Shown here in pieces: positions 35,475 to 48,646 of a stretch of DNA of 64,000 nt; within the stretch, counting starts at the first letter, position 1, and every line of letters starts with the position of its first letter. The DNA is taken from contig NC_043011.1 in assembly GCF_006345805.1 (NCBI RefSeq), positions 47,194,464 through 47,258,463 of the forward strand, given 5' to 3'. The DNA comes from Octopus sinensis. Lineage: Eukaryota. The translations under genes were made by a program, and so were the position numbers. The notes under the pieces were generated by a model. That model worked only from the letters and a program-made list of their open reading frames with translations, was not told the DNA's origin and did not search any database.

Positions 35475-35889
35475 GCCTTGTAGTATCACTTCCAACTCAT
35501 TATATTCTGTGTTCAGATTCCACTGACATCAACTTGGTCTATTGTATCTTAAAATTGACAAAAGTACCAATCATATACTGAGTGGATTGCACCAACTAAT
35601 CCTCTCCCATCAAAATTGCTGGCCTCTGAGTTCAAATTCCACATGAAATTGTGGGAACTGAAATCTGAATGTGAGGAGCCAGAACGAATTCTGCAAGGAG
35701 TCTAGCTGACTACATTGACCTTGGTGCTCTGCTGGCATCTGTTCTATCCATCTCAAAATGGAAAAAGTCAAAGTTGATCTCAATGGAATATAAATGCAGA
35801 ATTTGAAGCTGGAAGAAATGCTGCTAAGCATTTTGTCTGATGTGCTAACGAAACTGCCAGCTATACTTCAAAATACACTCAACCATCTT

Positions 35890-36108
35890 AACTCACTAAC
35901 ATTCAGATTACTCTGTCAAATGTAATGTTTATCTTTTCAGATTTTTAAAAATATTATCATACACTCTGTTGCAGCTTTGATATTTGAATAATGTAATTGT
36001 TTAGTACGATTGTAGGGTAGGTATGAGAAGCCTGATTTGGTCGGTTTGAACATAAAACTGGTAGAATATCTGGGCAGGATATGGCAAGTTTGAATACTAA
36101 AAGGTTAA
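35890..36108. mobile_element. piggyBac-type MITE P2 (degraded)
   Basis: Matches 45149-45369; ends aaaggttaa. Confidence 0.6.
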
Positions 36109-36144
36109 AGAAAAGGCATATTAGTCAATGTGATCCTACATTAA

Positions 36145-36756
36145 CCCTTTCGTTATCAACCCTGCTGAAATCGGCTCTGGCTCTGTAGTACAAATGTCTT
36201 GCTTTCAAAAGTTCTGAATTGAAATCTTCTACCAAACTTTAGTCACAATTTATGTTCCTAACACTAGCTTCATGATAACTTAAGTTATTTTACTAAATTC
36301 TTTGTTATCTATATATATAAAGCTGAAGTTGTCTGTGTATGGCAGGTTTGGTAGCCTCCAACTAACACTATCTCCTCCAAGACCCTGTGGCGCAAGTTGA
36401 CCAAAACTGAGTGTATGATATAAGAAGGCTTGCTCTTCATTCCGTAGAAGATAAAATTCAAATCGGACCACGTTAAGACCAAAAATTGTTTACATCAAAA
36501 AGGTGCTTTTCTTCTATGAAAATCCCTATTTTGTACGATTTTTTGACTGCTTTGTCGCCATTTTTCGGTGTATTTCAACCAGAAAAATGTTCACTTAAAG
36601 AGAATAACAAGCTACACAATGCAAAGTTTTTACTTTTCAAAAATTCCAATTCTAAAGGGTCATAACAAGCCTGAGCAACGCCAGGCGATACTGCTAGTAT
36701 TTAAAATAATTGAAAGAAACACAGAGCATCTCCAAATAAATTCAGTAATGAAAGGG
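36145..36756. mobile_element. piggyBac-type MITE P1 interrupted by a Helitron
   Basis: TTAA at 36141-36144 and 36757-36760; tttgtta|tatttaaa rejoins when the insert is removed. Confidence 0.9.
36308..36697 (+). mobile_element. Non-autonomous Helitron
   Basis: 5' TC, 3' hairpin cctgagcaacgccagg then CTAG, A|T target, no TSD; second copy at 48265. Confidence 0.88.
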
Positions 36757-38276
36757 TTAAACCAAAACAAGATCAACCTATTACTATATACAACAGTATG
36801 TAGTATATATTACAAGAGCATATTTTAGTCTGGTATACATTCAGTGAGTTAAATCAATAGATTATCACCAAATATGTATTTCATAACTTTTGCTAAATAA
36901 ATGTTGAAGCACAAACACAATTGTGAGGAGTTACTTGAGTATTTTTCCAATGTTTTGCAGTGACAATACCTTCCACAACTTTTCATTGAACAGCTTAGTT
37001 TGTGGAACACTTTAATTTTATTTTAATGTTAAAAATCATTTTATTTAAAATGATAGCAGACGTGATAAGCACCAATTTGAAACAGAAATGAGAAATATAT
37101 TTCATATTATATCTATGTCTTGGTCATTGACACAGTTCCATTGCATTATGGTAATGACGATAATTACGCGTAAGCAGCTTTCTATACATTCTACATTATG
37201 AAATCTCTCATTTAAATGAATACATGAAACAAAGACTAAACGCTGTATGTGCTTGAAACACATTAGTTTTGGTATTGCAACAGAACACATTAATTGAGGG
37301 AGAGATCATAAAAATAACGATGATAATGATGAAGGGGATGATGGTATCGTCATTGAAGAAATTATTCAAACATAGAGATTAGGAAATAGAGATAAAAACA
37401 AAGTTTGAAATAGTCCTTATAATGGAAATGATAATAAAACACTTGGATTAATATGTAACTTAAACCCCCAGGACTTGTAGACAGACTCTAAATACATAAT
37501 ATAACATCTCTAAGGATTTCGTATATTTTATGCAGAGTACTTTCATCAACATCATTTTCATCATCGTCACTGTGTGTACATTTTCTGTACTAACATGGCT
37601 TGGAAGGGTCACCACTGTCTAATTCAGTTCCTGTTCAGTTACTAACCTCTTAGATTTGTCAGAGAACCACACCTCACTCTTACAATCCATTTCAGACATG
37701 GCTTCTATGACTGGATGTCTTTCCAAGCGCCAACCACTCTACAGAGAGCCACGAAATTTCATTCTGCAATTCATTGCACCAAAGGTAAATTCAATATTGG
37801 GTTGGTTTCAAACTTTGGCACAAGGCCAGCAATTTTGAGGGTAGGGTTAAATTGATTACATCGACCCAGTACTCAACTGGTACTTTTTTTACTGACCCTG
37901 GAAGGATAACTCACAAAGTTGACCTCGGTGGAGTTTGAACTCAGAATATAAAAGACAGACAAAATGCCGCTTAGTATTTTGCCCAGCACGAGCTAAATTC
38001 ATTATTACCACAGAATAATGTGTGTGTGTGTGTGCATGCATGTACATGTACACATATACACACACACAAAAAAACATTCAGTGGGGATCTGGACATGGCA
38101 GCTCTTTTACATAAAATATAAGTTTCTTCAGAAATATTTGTTGTTGATTTTGAAGGATGTGAGTTGTCAAAGACATCTGTAGAGACTCTTCAAGTACAAC
38201 AACAACAACATCCCCACCACCGTAACAACACAAATAACTACAACAAAAGCAAAAAAAATAACAAAAATTACTGATA

Positions 38277-38334
<58 letters not shown>

Positions 38335-39337
38335 GTAATAATAATAATGACTATGATGACAATGATATAATAATTATTTTTTTTAAATATCTTTTGCTAA
38401 TAATAATGCTGTCTTTGGAATTCCTGCCTTGCTTAATTTTAATACTATTTAATCTATTCATTTTTATGATTAGTGTCTCCGAATTATGAGTCCGGAGATT
38501 AAAAGACTCTAAGACAATGTTCATTTTATAATGCTAAGCTGCCAGAAATTCCATCAGTTGAACAATGTGAAACTGGATGCATGCATGCGTGTGCATATGT
38601 ATGTGTGTGTGTGTGTGAGAGAGTGAGAGAGGCGTGATGAAAGAATTTGTGTGTATGTGTGTATATCTGTCCCTGTGTTTTGTATAATTCAACTAAATGG
38701 AAATAGGTGTGACAGTACAATGCAACTGACAGATATAATTAACAAGGTTACATACACAAACATTCCTGAATACACACACACACACACACACATGTATGTA
38801 TATATATATATATATATATATATAATTTGGATTACAAACCCTTACTAAAATATACTATATAGCCAACCTTTTCTGAGTGATTGTACTCATCAGTAGGGGA
38901 TTAGTAGGGGATTAAAGTTAGCTATACCATTAGGCTATGTAAGCCTAGTTACCATACATACATACATATATATACACATACTGTATGGATGCTAAGTGAG
39001 GATACTTGACTCCACAGATTAAGTGAAATAGGGCTAAGGAAAATGTAATACTGTAAAACTTCTTCAATCCATTTCCACATTGAGAAAAGATTTCCTGATG
39101 TTAATGGTGATGATGATGCTGACAATGATGATGAGAATTAGCAAGTCTTTAAGTAGCCAAATTAATAAGTATACTGACACTGCTTATTACACAGTGTAAC
39201 AAAATTTTAATGTCTTTTGTCTTTTGTTACACTGGGTCCATTATAACCAAGAAGGCTTAACTCTTAAAGTTTAAAAGGCTGTAACCAAGAGGGCTTAACC
39301 CTTAAAGGCCGGTTCACTGAGCTGTAAAATAGATATT

Positions 39338-39569
39338 TATTTTTTTATTGCCCACAGGGGGTGAAACATAGAGGGGACAAACAAGGACAGACAAAGGGAT
39401 TAAGCCAATTACATTGACCCCGTGCATAACTGGTACTTATTTAATCAACTCCAAAAGGATGAAAGGCAAATTCGACCTCAGCAGAATTTGAACTCAGAAT
39501 GCAATGGCAGGAAAAATACCACTAAGCATTTCACCCGGTGTGCTAATGATTCTGTCAGTTCGCCGCCCT
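39338..39569 (-). mobile_element. SINE family B
   Basis: 13-bp TSD taaaatagatatt (39325-39337, 39570-39582). Confidence 0.9.
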
Positions 39570-40433
39570 TAAAATAGATATTATGTAGCAGTCTTAGTTC
39601 ATTATTGTTAATGACAAATGTCCTTTGTTATATGTTAATTTGTAGTCTTAAAATCAACTCCAGACAAGTTCCTGTTTTGGCCTAGCTGGAGTTACTCCTT
39701 CACTACTTCAGTCAATCTAGCTACCGGGAGAGAAATGTTATTGGCGAAAGAAGGGAATTATATTCAGGGAAAGAGTTATATTTCATTTACTGAATCAGAG
39801 GAAACCAAAATACAATATCAATGCCAGCCATTTAAGATTGTCTTTATTCAGTAGAATAAAAAACCCATTTATATTAATTATTGACAGGTAAAATATTCAC
39901 AACTTAAAATACTGCAAATATTTGTCAAGAGAAAAACTCTCTTGTGGTTATATGGTGCATAAAAGCACATCATAGCTATCATTAGTGGCAGACAATCACT
40001 GCTACTTCTGCCACTTGGACTACCAAATCATGTGACTTCAGCCTGATTTGGCTTTTTCAATGACAGACACCAAACAACTGAAAATAACAATAACTAGCGA
40101 TATACATAGAAATATAGAGCCAAAGCAGGTGTTAAGGTTACTAAAGGCTAAAGGGCTTATTTATTTATTAATTATTTAAATTTAAATGTTAAATCATAAT
40201 TAGACTTAAGAACCTTTTGCTATGTTCCAGACACCAGCTTAATAATGATAAAAGTCAATTATTTTATGAAAGCCTTCAAAAATTTTTGATTTCCAGTATT
40301 TCATTACAAATGTGGTTATGAAAGGATTCAATATCCTTCCATTCTTAGGGAACATTTACTTATCAATCTCAGTTCCTTGAATATTTTCTTTTCTATAGTA
40401 TTCTCTTCTTTCCACTCTTTGTCTCTCAGACAT

Positions 40434-40473
<40 letters not shown>

Positions 40474-41052
40474 CCCATCCTGTCCTCCCTTCCTTTGTCC
40501 TCTCTGCATCATTATTCTTTCTTTTCCTGTCAATATTCTGAACAAATTTTGCATTCTCACTGTTGGATAAAACATTTTATTTATTAAACCTTCGCCACCA
40601 CCACCACCACCACTGCCCTGCATGCACATACGCATAATAACAATAATATTATATAAAACAGAGAAAGAAAAATATTAAAAACAGTCTGAAATTCTAAATA
40701 ACCAAGTAGAAAAGCATAATAAAAAATGAATTCATTCTGGACATTTCTTTCTTCTCTACTATTTCCTTTCTCTTTGCAAAATATTAAAACCATTAAAACA
40801 ACAACACCACCAATAACATCTCACTAAACTCAGCAAAGATCTATTATATTTACTTCCTACAGTAGTTCGCAGAATTTATTGAGTTAGATTATTTGCAAAA
40901 AGAAAAGAAAAAATAATCAATGTTGTGACACATTCTTTCTGTAGTCATTTTCATTATTTCCTGTCATTTTGGAAATGTGAAGTTTAAAATATTTCAAAAT
41001 TCATAAGGATTCATTGTGTTTGTTTTTAGCTTCCCAATTTCTTTAGCATTAA

Positions 41053-41813
41053 CCCTTTTGATAGCAACCTGCCTGAAATTGCACCTGATCCTGTTTTAAA
41101 GTCATCTAGATAAAAGCTTTCCAACAAAATTTTATGTTACAAACACTAGCTTAATAACGATAAGTTATTCTATTGGGTTGTCTGGAAAGTTCGTGCCGAT
41201 TTATAGTAGCTTACCATTTGACTTATTTCAGAACATGGTTGAGTCCATAAAACAGGATTTGACTACATCTCCATTTAGAGCACAGTTTAAGCTATCTTTT
41301 CATGGAAGAAGGTTTATGTTCCTATAACCTGTGTTAATTATGTAACCCTTTGAAATAGAAGATAAAAAAGTTCATTTTCAGCACTTGATGCTTTGGGAAC
41401 CAGACAAAAATTGCTGAAGCTCAGCTGGGATGTGTTACCCCACCCTCCATATTCACCAGATATTCCTCCTTCGGATTTCCACTTATTTAGGTCTCTGCAG
41501 AATAGTCTTAATGGTAAAAATTTCAATTCCTTGGATGACATAAAAAGATACTTTGATGAATTCTTTGCCATTAAACCACCTCAATTCTGGGAAGTGGATA
41601 TTTTCAAGTTAAGGGAAAGAAGGAGATGCATTGTGAAACAAAATGGTTCATATTTGGTTGATTAAAAATGTAATGGCAAATATTTATTAACCTTTTTCCA
41701 TTAAAAATCAGCACAAACTTTCTGGACAACCCAATACTTAACTCTTTGTTATATTCAAAATTAACAGAAACAGGGATAGTGTACTTTAAGAGAAATATGG
41801 CAACAGAAAAGTG
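41053..41813. mobile_element. piggyBac-type MITE P1 (degraded) interrupted by a mariner
   Basis: ttaacccttttgatagcaacc...aagttattc|TA|cttaactctttgttatatt. Confidence 0.7.
41173..41734 (+). mobile_element. Internally deleted mariner (DD34D) transposon
   Basis: 30-bp TIRs (26/30), TA TSD; N-terminal relic (I)EDKKVHFQHLMLWE fused to the C-terminus TRQKLLKLSWDVLPHPPYSPDIPPSDFHLFRSLQN...IVKQNGSYLVD*. Confidence 0.95.
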
Positions 41814-44485
41814 AAGGGAACAAGAAATAAATGCAACCAATGTCAAGCCAGGATGAGGATAATAATGACGATGTTATTTAGCTCAATGTCAGCCCTGATC
41901 AAGGAGAGCTATATTATCAATTGTATTATAACCATGGTCATCATTACTTTTTTGTATATCTCAGACTACATTGTCTATTGTGTTCTTTTTTTTATATAAG
42001 ACAATACGGTGTAATTTAAGAGGTATTTGATTGCTATTTTAACTGGCTCAGCTACCTTGCAGAAGCTTCCTTGTCTGTTCAGGTGTTACATATTTTAATG
42101 GTGTAATTTCCTAAATTCTAAATTACATGAGAGTAGTATCTTTATCAGTTTCATATGAAGTCAGACCTCATTGTAGTGATCTATTATATCTGTCTCTCTA
42201 AACTCAACGAAGAAGTCTTAATGAGAGCAAGTGACCACACAGAAAATGAAAGAGCACAGCTTTTTCACTGAATATTCTAGAGAATTGAAATGGCACTGCT
42301 TCTGAAATTGAATACCTATCATTTACACATAGAACCAAATGTCTAGATAATCAGACATAAAAATCTTCCTTTAGCAGGTCTGTTAGATCAGTATCATAGC
42401 TCTAACCTCTGTATATTTACCAAAGACCATGTTGTTCAGACAAGTTCATGCATAATACTTAAGAAATTTGTTTCACAGTCATGTAGATCTGAGTTACATC
42501 AGACCACACTGCAGCTCAAGCAAGTGTATTCTACATTAAGTTGTATTAGCCCTTAAACCTTGAGAATTAAACGGGTTTAACAAAATCTTTGGGAAAACTC
42601 ACTCAAAAGATTACATTGGTTCTTTGGTAATAGAGTTGACCCTGATTTAACACTATCTCTGGGATCTTGGGTACTTCTAGCAAAATCCATTCTATTATAA
42701 ACATATGGAATAGCTATCTGGTCTGAAGGCAACATAATATTTGAGTGCATTACTTCATATTGTAGAAACTCTAGGATTTCTGGCTTTCATTCGGGTGACA
42801 CAGGCTAGGTTTGCAGTGTGGAAACTTTATTAGGCAATGAATTAGCAGTCACTAAATCAGCATTTATAGTGACTTCATAGAAAGGCAGTGACCTGACAGA
42901 ATCATTAACATGTCAGACAAGATGCTTTGTGGCATTTATTCCATGCTCCTATTTGGAGTTCAAATGTCACCAAGGTTAATTTTGCATTTCATCTTTTCAG
43001 GGTTAATAAAATAAGATCTACTCAGCCTGTCATTCTCTTGGGTTCAATAAATGTATTACTATCAAGAGGAATCTAGCGGAATCCTGAAGATGTTTTGTAT
43101 TGTTTGTTTTGGCATTTTGTGTTTTAAGTTGAAACTCCACCATGATCTACCAGGATGGTAGACTTAACTGATCGCTCAGTTTAACCATTAGCACACTTAA
43201 ACACATTGTGACACCACACAGTTTGTACCCTTGTAGCTTCAGGCACATTGTGTCACACTGAGAGAGAGGTAAGCTTGTATGGCAACATAGTGCATCTACA
43301 GCATGCTAAAGGTAAATACCAGTGCATGGTCCTTGGGCACCTTTAACAGAGTCCACTCTGTTATTATTATTCATATCAGCTCTCCAGTTTGAGGATAACT
43401 TTCTTCCTTGGGGGCTCTACAAAGAGTCATTCCACCTTACTAAGTAATTTTGGGAAGAAAAAAAACAGAATAAAGATGAATTGTGATTTATTTCACTCTT
43501 TCTTCCACCAGCCTTTGAGGCTCTGCAAAAGCTAGCGAGGGAGCATCTTCTCACCATCTATAAAAGTTATTAAAAACGAACTAAACCCCTATAAAAAAAA
43601 ACATGTGAACTCTCTTTGAAATGGAATAAAACGTTATTTGGGGGAACATTGTTTTTGTCAATAGGAAGAGTAGTTCAAGCGACTGCAGAGGTGTTGCTCT
43701 TATTCATTGAAGAGATATTACCCTGGAGAAGAAACAGATTATAGAGGAACCGCATAATGGATAAGTGTATCATTTAGATAGCAGTACAGAGTTAAAATCT
43801 ATCACTAGGTATGGACTATGTAACAGAAGTCTATTCCAGAGTGTCATCGCTTGTATGATCACAATAAGCAAGTCTTCAGTGATCACTAAATAAAATAAAA
43901 GTCAATAGGTTATGGAACTATTGATTTAAAGAACTATATGAACACCTAAGATCATCTGATAGCTTCATTGATTATTTAGATTTTTTTTTTAAACTTCTAA
44001 AATTTTCTTTTTATTAATTAAAATATTTCAGCATTGGTTTGATGTTAACTTCCAATAAAGAGAAAAGCGTGAGTTCAATATTGATTTCATACATAGATAT
44101 AGTGGCTGAAGGTGGAGGAGAAAGAGAGAAAGAAGGCAGTGAGAGAGTAAAAAGAAAAGCAGAGAAAAAGAAGAGAAGTTGGATGGATGAGGATGATGGC
44201 AATGATAATGGTGATTGTAAAGGAGGATCAGATAAAGAGAGACAGAAGTGAAGTAATAAAAAGAGAGAGAGAGAGAGAGAAAATTATGAGATAGACTGCA
44301 GAGAAGAGCCTAACTGGGAGAGGAAGAAAGGTGTGTTATGTATTACAAGTAGAAAAAAAATGCATCAAAGGTCAAAGGTTAAACATCAAACAAAAGTTGT
44401 GAGTGACATCAAATAACAACTGGGAGATATATACATATATCGATAATTCAGTTAAGAAAGAAAATATCATTAGTATTATCATCAA

Positions 44486-44598
<113 letters not shown>

Positions 44599-45148
44599 TT
44601 AATATCATTATTCTTAAAAAGAGTGATGGATGAGATAAAATGCTGTGCGGTATTTAGTTCTGGTGTGAGTTCAAATTCCATCGAGATTAACTTTTCCTTT
44701 TATCCTGCTAGAAAAGGAAGCTATAATATACAGTACCAGTCATGTACTGGGGTAGATTTAATAAACTATACTTGGAAATATAAACTTTCTGGTTTTATAT
44801 CAATGTTAGAACACAATGTTGTTATTATTATTATTATAAGTTTTTCTTCTTTTAGTTTTGTTTCCATTTCTTGCCGAGTGTCTCCCCGTCTCCTAGGGCA
44901 AAGAAACTCACTGTATGCATTGGTAGGCCATAAAACAAGATGGGGTACTGTGGATGGTGGAATGCATAAGCTACCACAAGACAAATTGTCTTGTGGTAGC
45001 TTACATTCTGAGTTCAAATCCTGCCAGAGTTGACTTTATCTTTCATCCTTTCAAGATTGAAAAGAACTGAAACAGCAGTCAAGTATTTTGATTGAATGAT
45101 TCTTCTCTACTTAAATATTCCAAATTTGCAGCTAGGTGTCTACTTTAA

Positions 45149-45369
45149 CCCTTTAGTGTTCGCATTATTCTGCCAAAATTAATCATTTTTTATCCACATT
45201 GTTTTGAACTAATCATGCATTATCTTGTAGCTATGAGATTTTGATGAGGTAGCTGTTAATTTTTAAAACAGTATTGTAGGGTTGGTGTGAGAGACCAGAT
45301 CTGGCCAGTTTGAACATAAAACAGGCAGAATACTTTTGGCCGGATATGGCCGGTTTAAATGCTAAAGGG
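45149..45369. mobile_element. piggyBac-type MITE P2
   Basis: TTAA|CCCTTTAG...CTAAAGGG|TTAA. Confidence 0.88.
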
Positions 45370-45693
45370 TTAAAAATCATTATTATCACGAAAACAATGG
45401 ATTGCTGTATTTGTTGAGAGCTACACAAAATAGTATATTCAGGTGGAGTTCAGTTTGTATCAGGTATGCCTCTTGGTTTCCACTTTCCATTGTTGTTATA
45501 AAGAAACACCAGGTTTGTAATACGGTAAATTACCTTGATGTTGTGGGGTTGTCAATATTAAATATCATTTACAACAGTCACCATCATCATTACCATAACT
45601 GCTTCAGCACGAATAATAAATATATATATATATACATATATATTTCACATATATATATATATTTATACATACACACACCTCACACTGATATAT

Positions 45694-45737
<44 letters not shown>

Positions 45738-45777
45738 TCATACATACATATATGTGTATGGATGTGTACATGGATAT

Positions 45778-46208
45778 ACTCTTTTACTCTTTTAATTGTT
45801 TCAGTCATGTGACTGCGGCCATGCTGGAGCACTGCCTTTTAGTTGAGCAAATCGACCCCGGGACTTATTCTTTGTAAGCCTAGAACTTATTCTATCGGTC
45901 TGTTTTGCCGAATCGCTAAGTTATGGGGACGTAAACACACCAGCATCGGTTGTCAAGCGATGTTGAGGGGACAAACACTGACACACAAACACATGCACAC
46001 ATAAAGATATATACAACGGGCTTCTTTCAGCCTCCATCTACCAAATCCACTCACAAGGCTTTGGTCGGCCCGAGGCTATAGTAGAAGACACTTGCCTAAG
46101 GTGCCATGCAGTGGGACTGAACCTGGAACCATGTGGTTGGTAAGCAAGCTACTTACCACACAGCCACTCCTACACCTATATACTTACCACACAGCCACTC
46201 CTACACCA
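45778..46208 (-). mobile_element. SINE family A with a 32-bp duplicated 5' end
   Basis: tacttaccacacagccactcctacacc twice. Confidence 0.9.
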
Positions 46209-46800
46209 ATATAGCAAAAATAATACATACATATATATAAAAGTTTACTATAATTATTGACATTAGCCTTTTTATGTGATTAAAGACTCAGTGTCATTGG
46301 ATATTTTTATTCACTTCTTGGCAATGAAGTGTTAATCCTCTCTAAGGGTTCTTTAAATTACACACAAGCCTCATGGAGTACCAACAAAGGTTTTTATTTC
46401 CTGTCAGAGTAAGTAAACATAATGGAACATGTCAACAGTTTCACAGAACCATTGAGAGTAAATATATTGGCTTTATAAATGATTTTATTGAAGCTTAGAT
46501 TAATTCAAAGAAACTAGATCATCTGTGCAGCTAACAAATATTTATATTTGGTAAATAAATTAAGATTTGCTGCAGACTTATTGACATTACTCTAAATTAT
46601 GGACAAGGGGTGGAACTGGCTGCAAATCTAGCAATTTCAAGCTAATTGGCCATCAGTTTAAAACTAGTTCATTCCACCAGTTTTAAGCTGGCTGACATAA
46701 CCAGTTTCCAGATAGCTGATTCCTAACAATTTCAATATACATTTCGGTTTTTGGATTTGGTTTGCAAGATTCTTTATATGAGTTCGTGTGTTCAAGCATA

Positions 46801-47046
46801 TTCTGTTGTGTCTGGGGAGAATCATTTTCTTTTTGTGCCTTATTATGTAACATACACACCGGTAAAATTTCCACTTTTTTTTCTTATTTTTATTGTTTTA
46901 AAATTTTCGTTGCGTCTTGCAACCTTTTCAATAGTTTTGACTGTCATTTACACTGCGTTCCCTAAGAAAAAAGGGGAAATTTTACTGGTGAGTGTGTTAC
47001 ATGATAAGGCACAAAAAGAAAATGACTCTCCCCAGACACAACAGAA
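46801..47046. mobile_element. Foldback MITE with 80-bp inverted arms
   Basis: 46801-46880 vs reverse complement of 46967-47046: 74/80. Confidence 0.85.
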
Positions 47047-47164
47047 CTTCAAAATACATGTTTCAAGTTAATTCATTCCACAAGTTTCAATTTAGTCAAC
47101 TCTACTAATTCCAAGCTGTTTGATTATACCAGCTTCTCATATTGTTTGACTCAACCAGTTTCAA

Positions 47165-47366
47165 ACTCTTTTACTTGTTTCAGTCATTTGACTGTGGCCA
47201 TGCTGGAGCACCATCTTTAGTCAAGCAAATTGACCCCAGGACTTATTCTTTGTGAGCCAAGTACTTATTCTATCAGTCTCTTTTACCGAACCGCTAAGTT
47301 ACGGGGATGTAAACACACCAGCATCGGTTGTCAAGCGATGTTGGGGTAACAAACACAGACACACAG

Positions 47367-47417
<51 letters not shown>

Positions 47418-47604
47418 CATATATATATATACACATATAAAATGGGCTTCTTTCAGTTTCCGTCTACCAAATCAACTCACAAGGCTTTGGTCGGCCTGAG
47501 GCTATAGTAATAGACACTTGCCCAAGGTACCACACAGTGGGGCTGAATCTGGAACCATGTGGTTCGTTAGCAAGCTACTTACCACACAGCCACTCCTGTG
47601 CCTA
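47165..47604 (-). mobile_element. SINE family A
   Basis: Full length with internal (CA)n(TA)n. Confidence 0.9.
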
Positions 47605-48264
47605 GTTGGGATTTTTGTTTTTTCCAAGTTTCAAGCTAGTTGATTCTGCCACTTCGAGCCTATTTGATTCTCAATAAGAAAATAATTTAGCCAGGAATAC
47701 TAAGGAATACTCACTAATAGTATACCGACAAGTAGTGAACATAATTACACATTACTTATTTTTTAGTTTTATCATATTTTATATTCATTTATCTATCCTT
47801 GCATAGATGTGGGGGTTTACTTAATAGAGAAATTGTTCTTATAACTGGTCACCCTTGCTGCTGCTAATAACTCAACAATGAAATCAAAGTGGAGCCTACT
47901 TCTTTGTTCAGTGAGGCAGATTGGAGACAGTGTCTGGAGAAACTAGTTTCTAAGATCTTAATGTAAAGAGTTCCAAAGCGAGATAGATATTAAACTTATC
48001 TTCTCCATAGCAAACTAATTTATTTCATTTTTGAACTGGAACAAATACTGTTAGTTGCTTTACTCAGGGGTACAACCTAATGACAACAGTAAAATCTGAA
48101 CTTATGACAAAGTGTTCTATGCAACTAATTTTACCTTACACAATGAACCATGTTCAACTTTGGGCCAATTATAGAATAATACCTCAGAAGTTGCTGATTG
48201 TTATCTGTTGCCTGGGGATGAACGGCATCCTAGTCAATAATGATTCACTCCACCTAGATGTAAA

Positions 48265-48646
48265 TCTCTCTCTATGTATAAAGCTGAAGTTGTCTGTGTA
48301 TGGCAGGTTTGGTAGCCTTCAACTAAAACTATCTCCTCCGAGACCTTGCGGTGCAAGTTGACCAAAATTAAGAGTATGATAGAAGAAGGTTTACACTTCC
48401 TTCCATAGAAAAAAAAAATCAAATCAGACCATATTAACACCAAAAATTATTTACATCAAAAAGGTGCTTTTCTTCCTACGATTTTTTTACTGATGTGTCG
48501 CCATTTTTCGGTGTATTTCAACCAGAAAAAGGTTCAGTTAAAGAGAATAACAAGCTACATAATGCAAATGTTTTACTTTTCAAAAATTCCAATTCTAAAG
48601 GGTCGAAAATAAAACAAACCTGAGCAACGCTGGACGATACTGCTAG
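48265..48646 (+). mobile_element. Non-autonomous Helitron (second copy)
   Basis: aa|TCtctc...aagctgaagttgtctgtgtatgg...gatactgCTAG|t. Confidence 0.85.

Noticed and set aside
38865-38897. CUGAUGA...GAAA (minus)
   Set aside because: Stem II overlaps the core and no stem III or stem I partner exists.
42570-42786. ~69-codon minus open frame with a plausible acceptor at ~42723
   Set aside because: No homology recognised and cannot be chained with other candidates in consistent phase.
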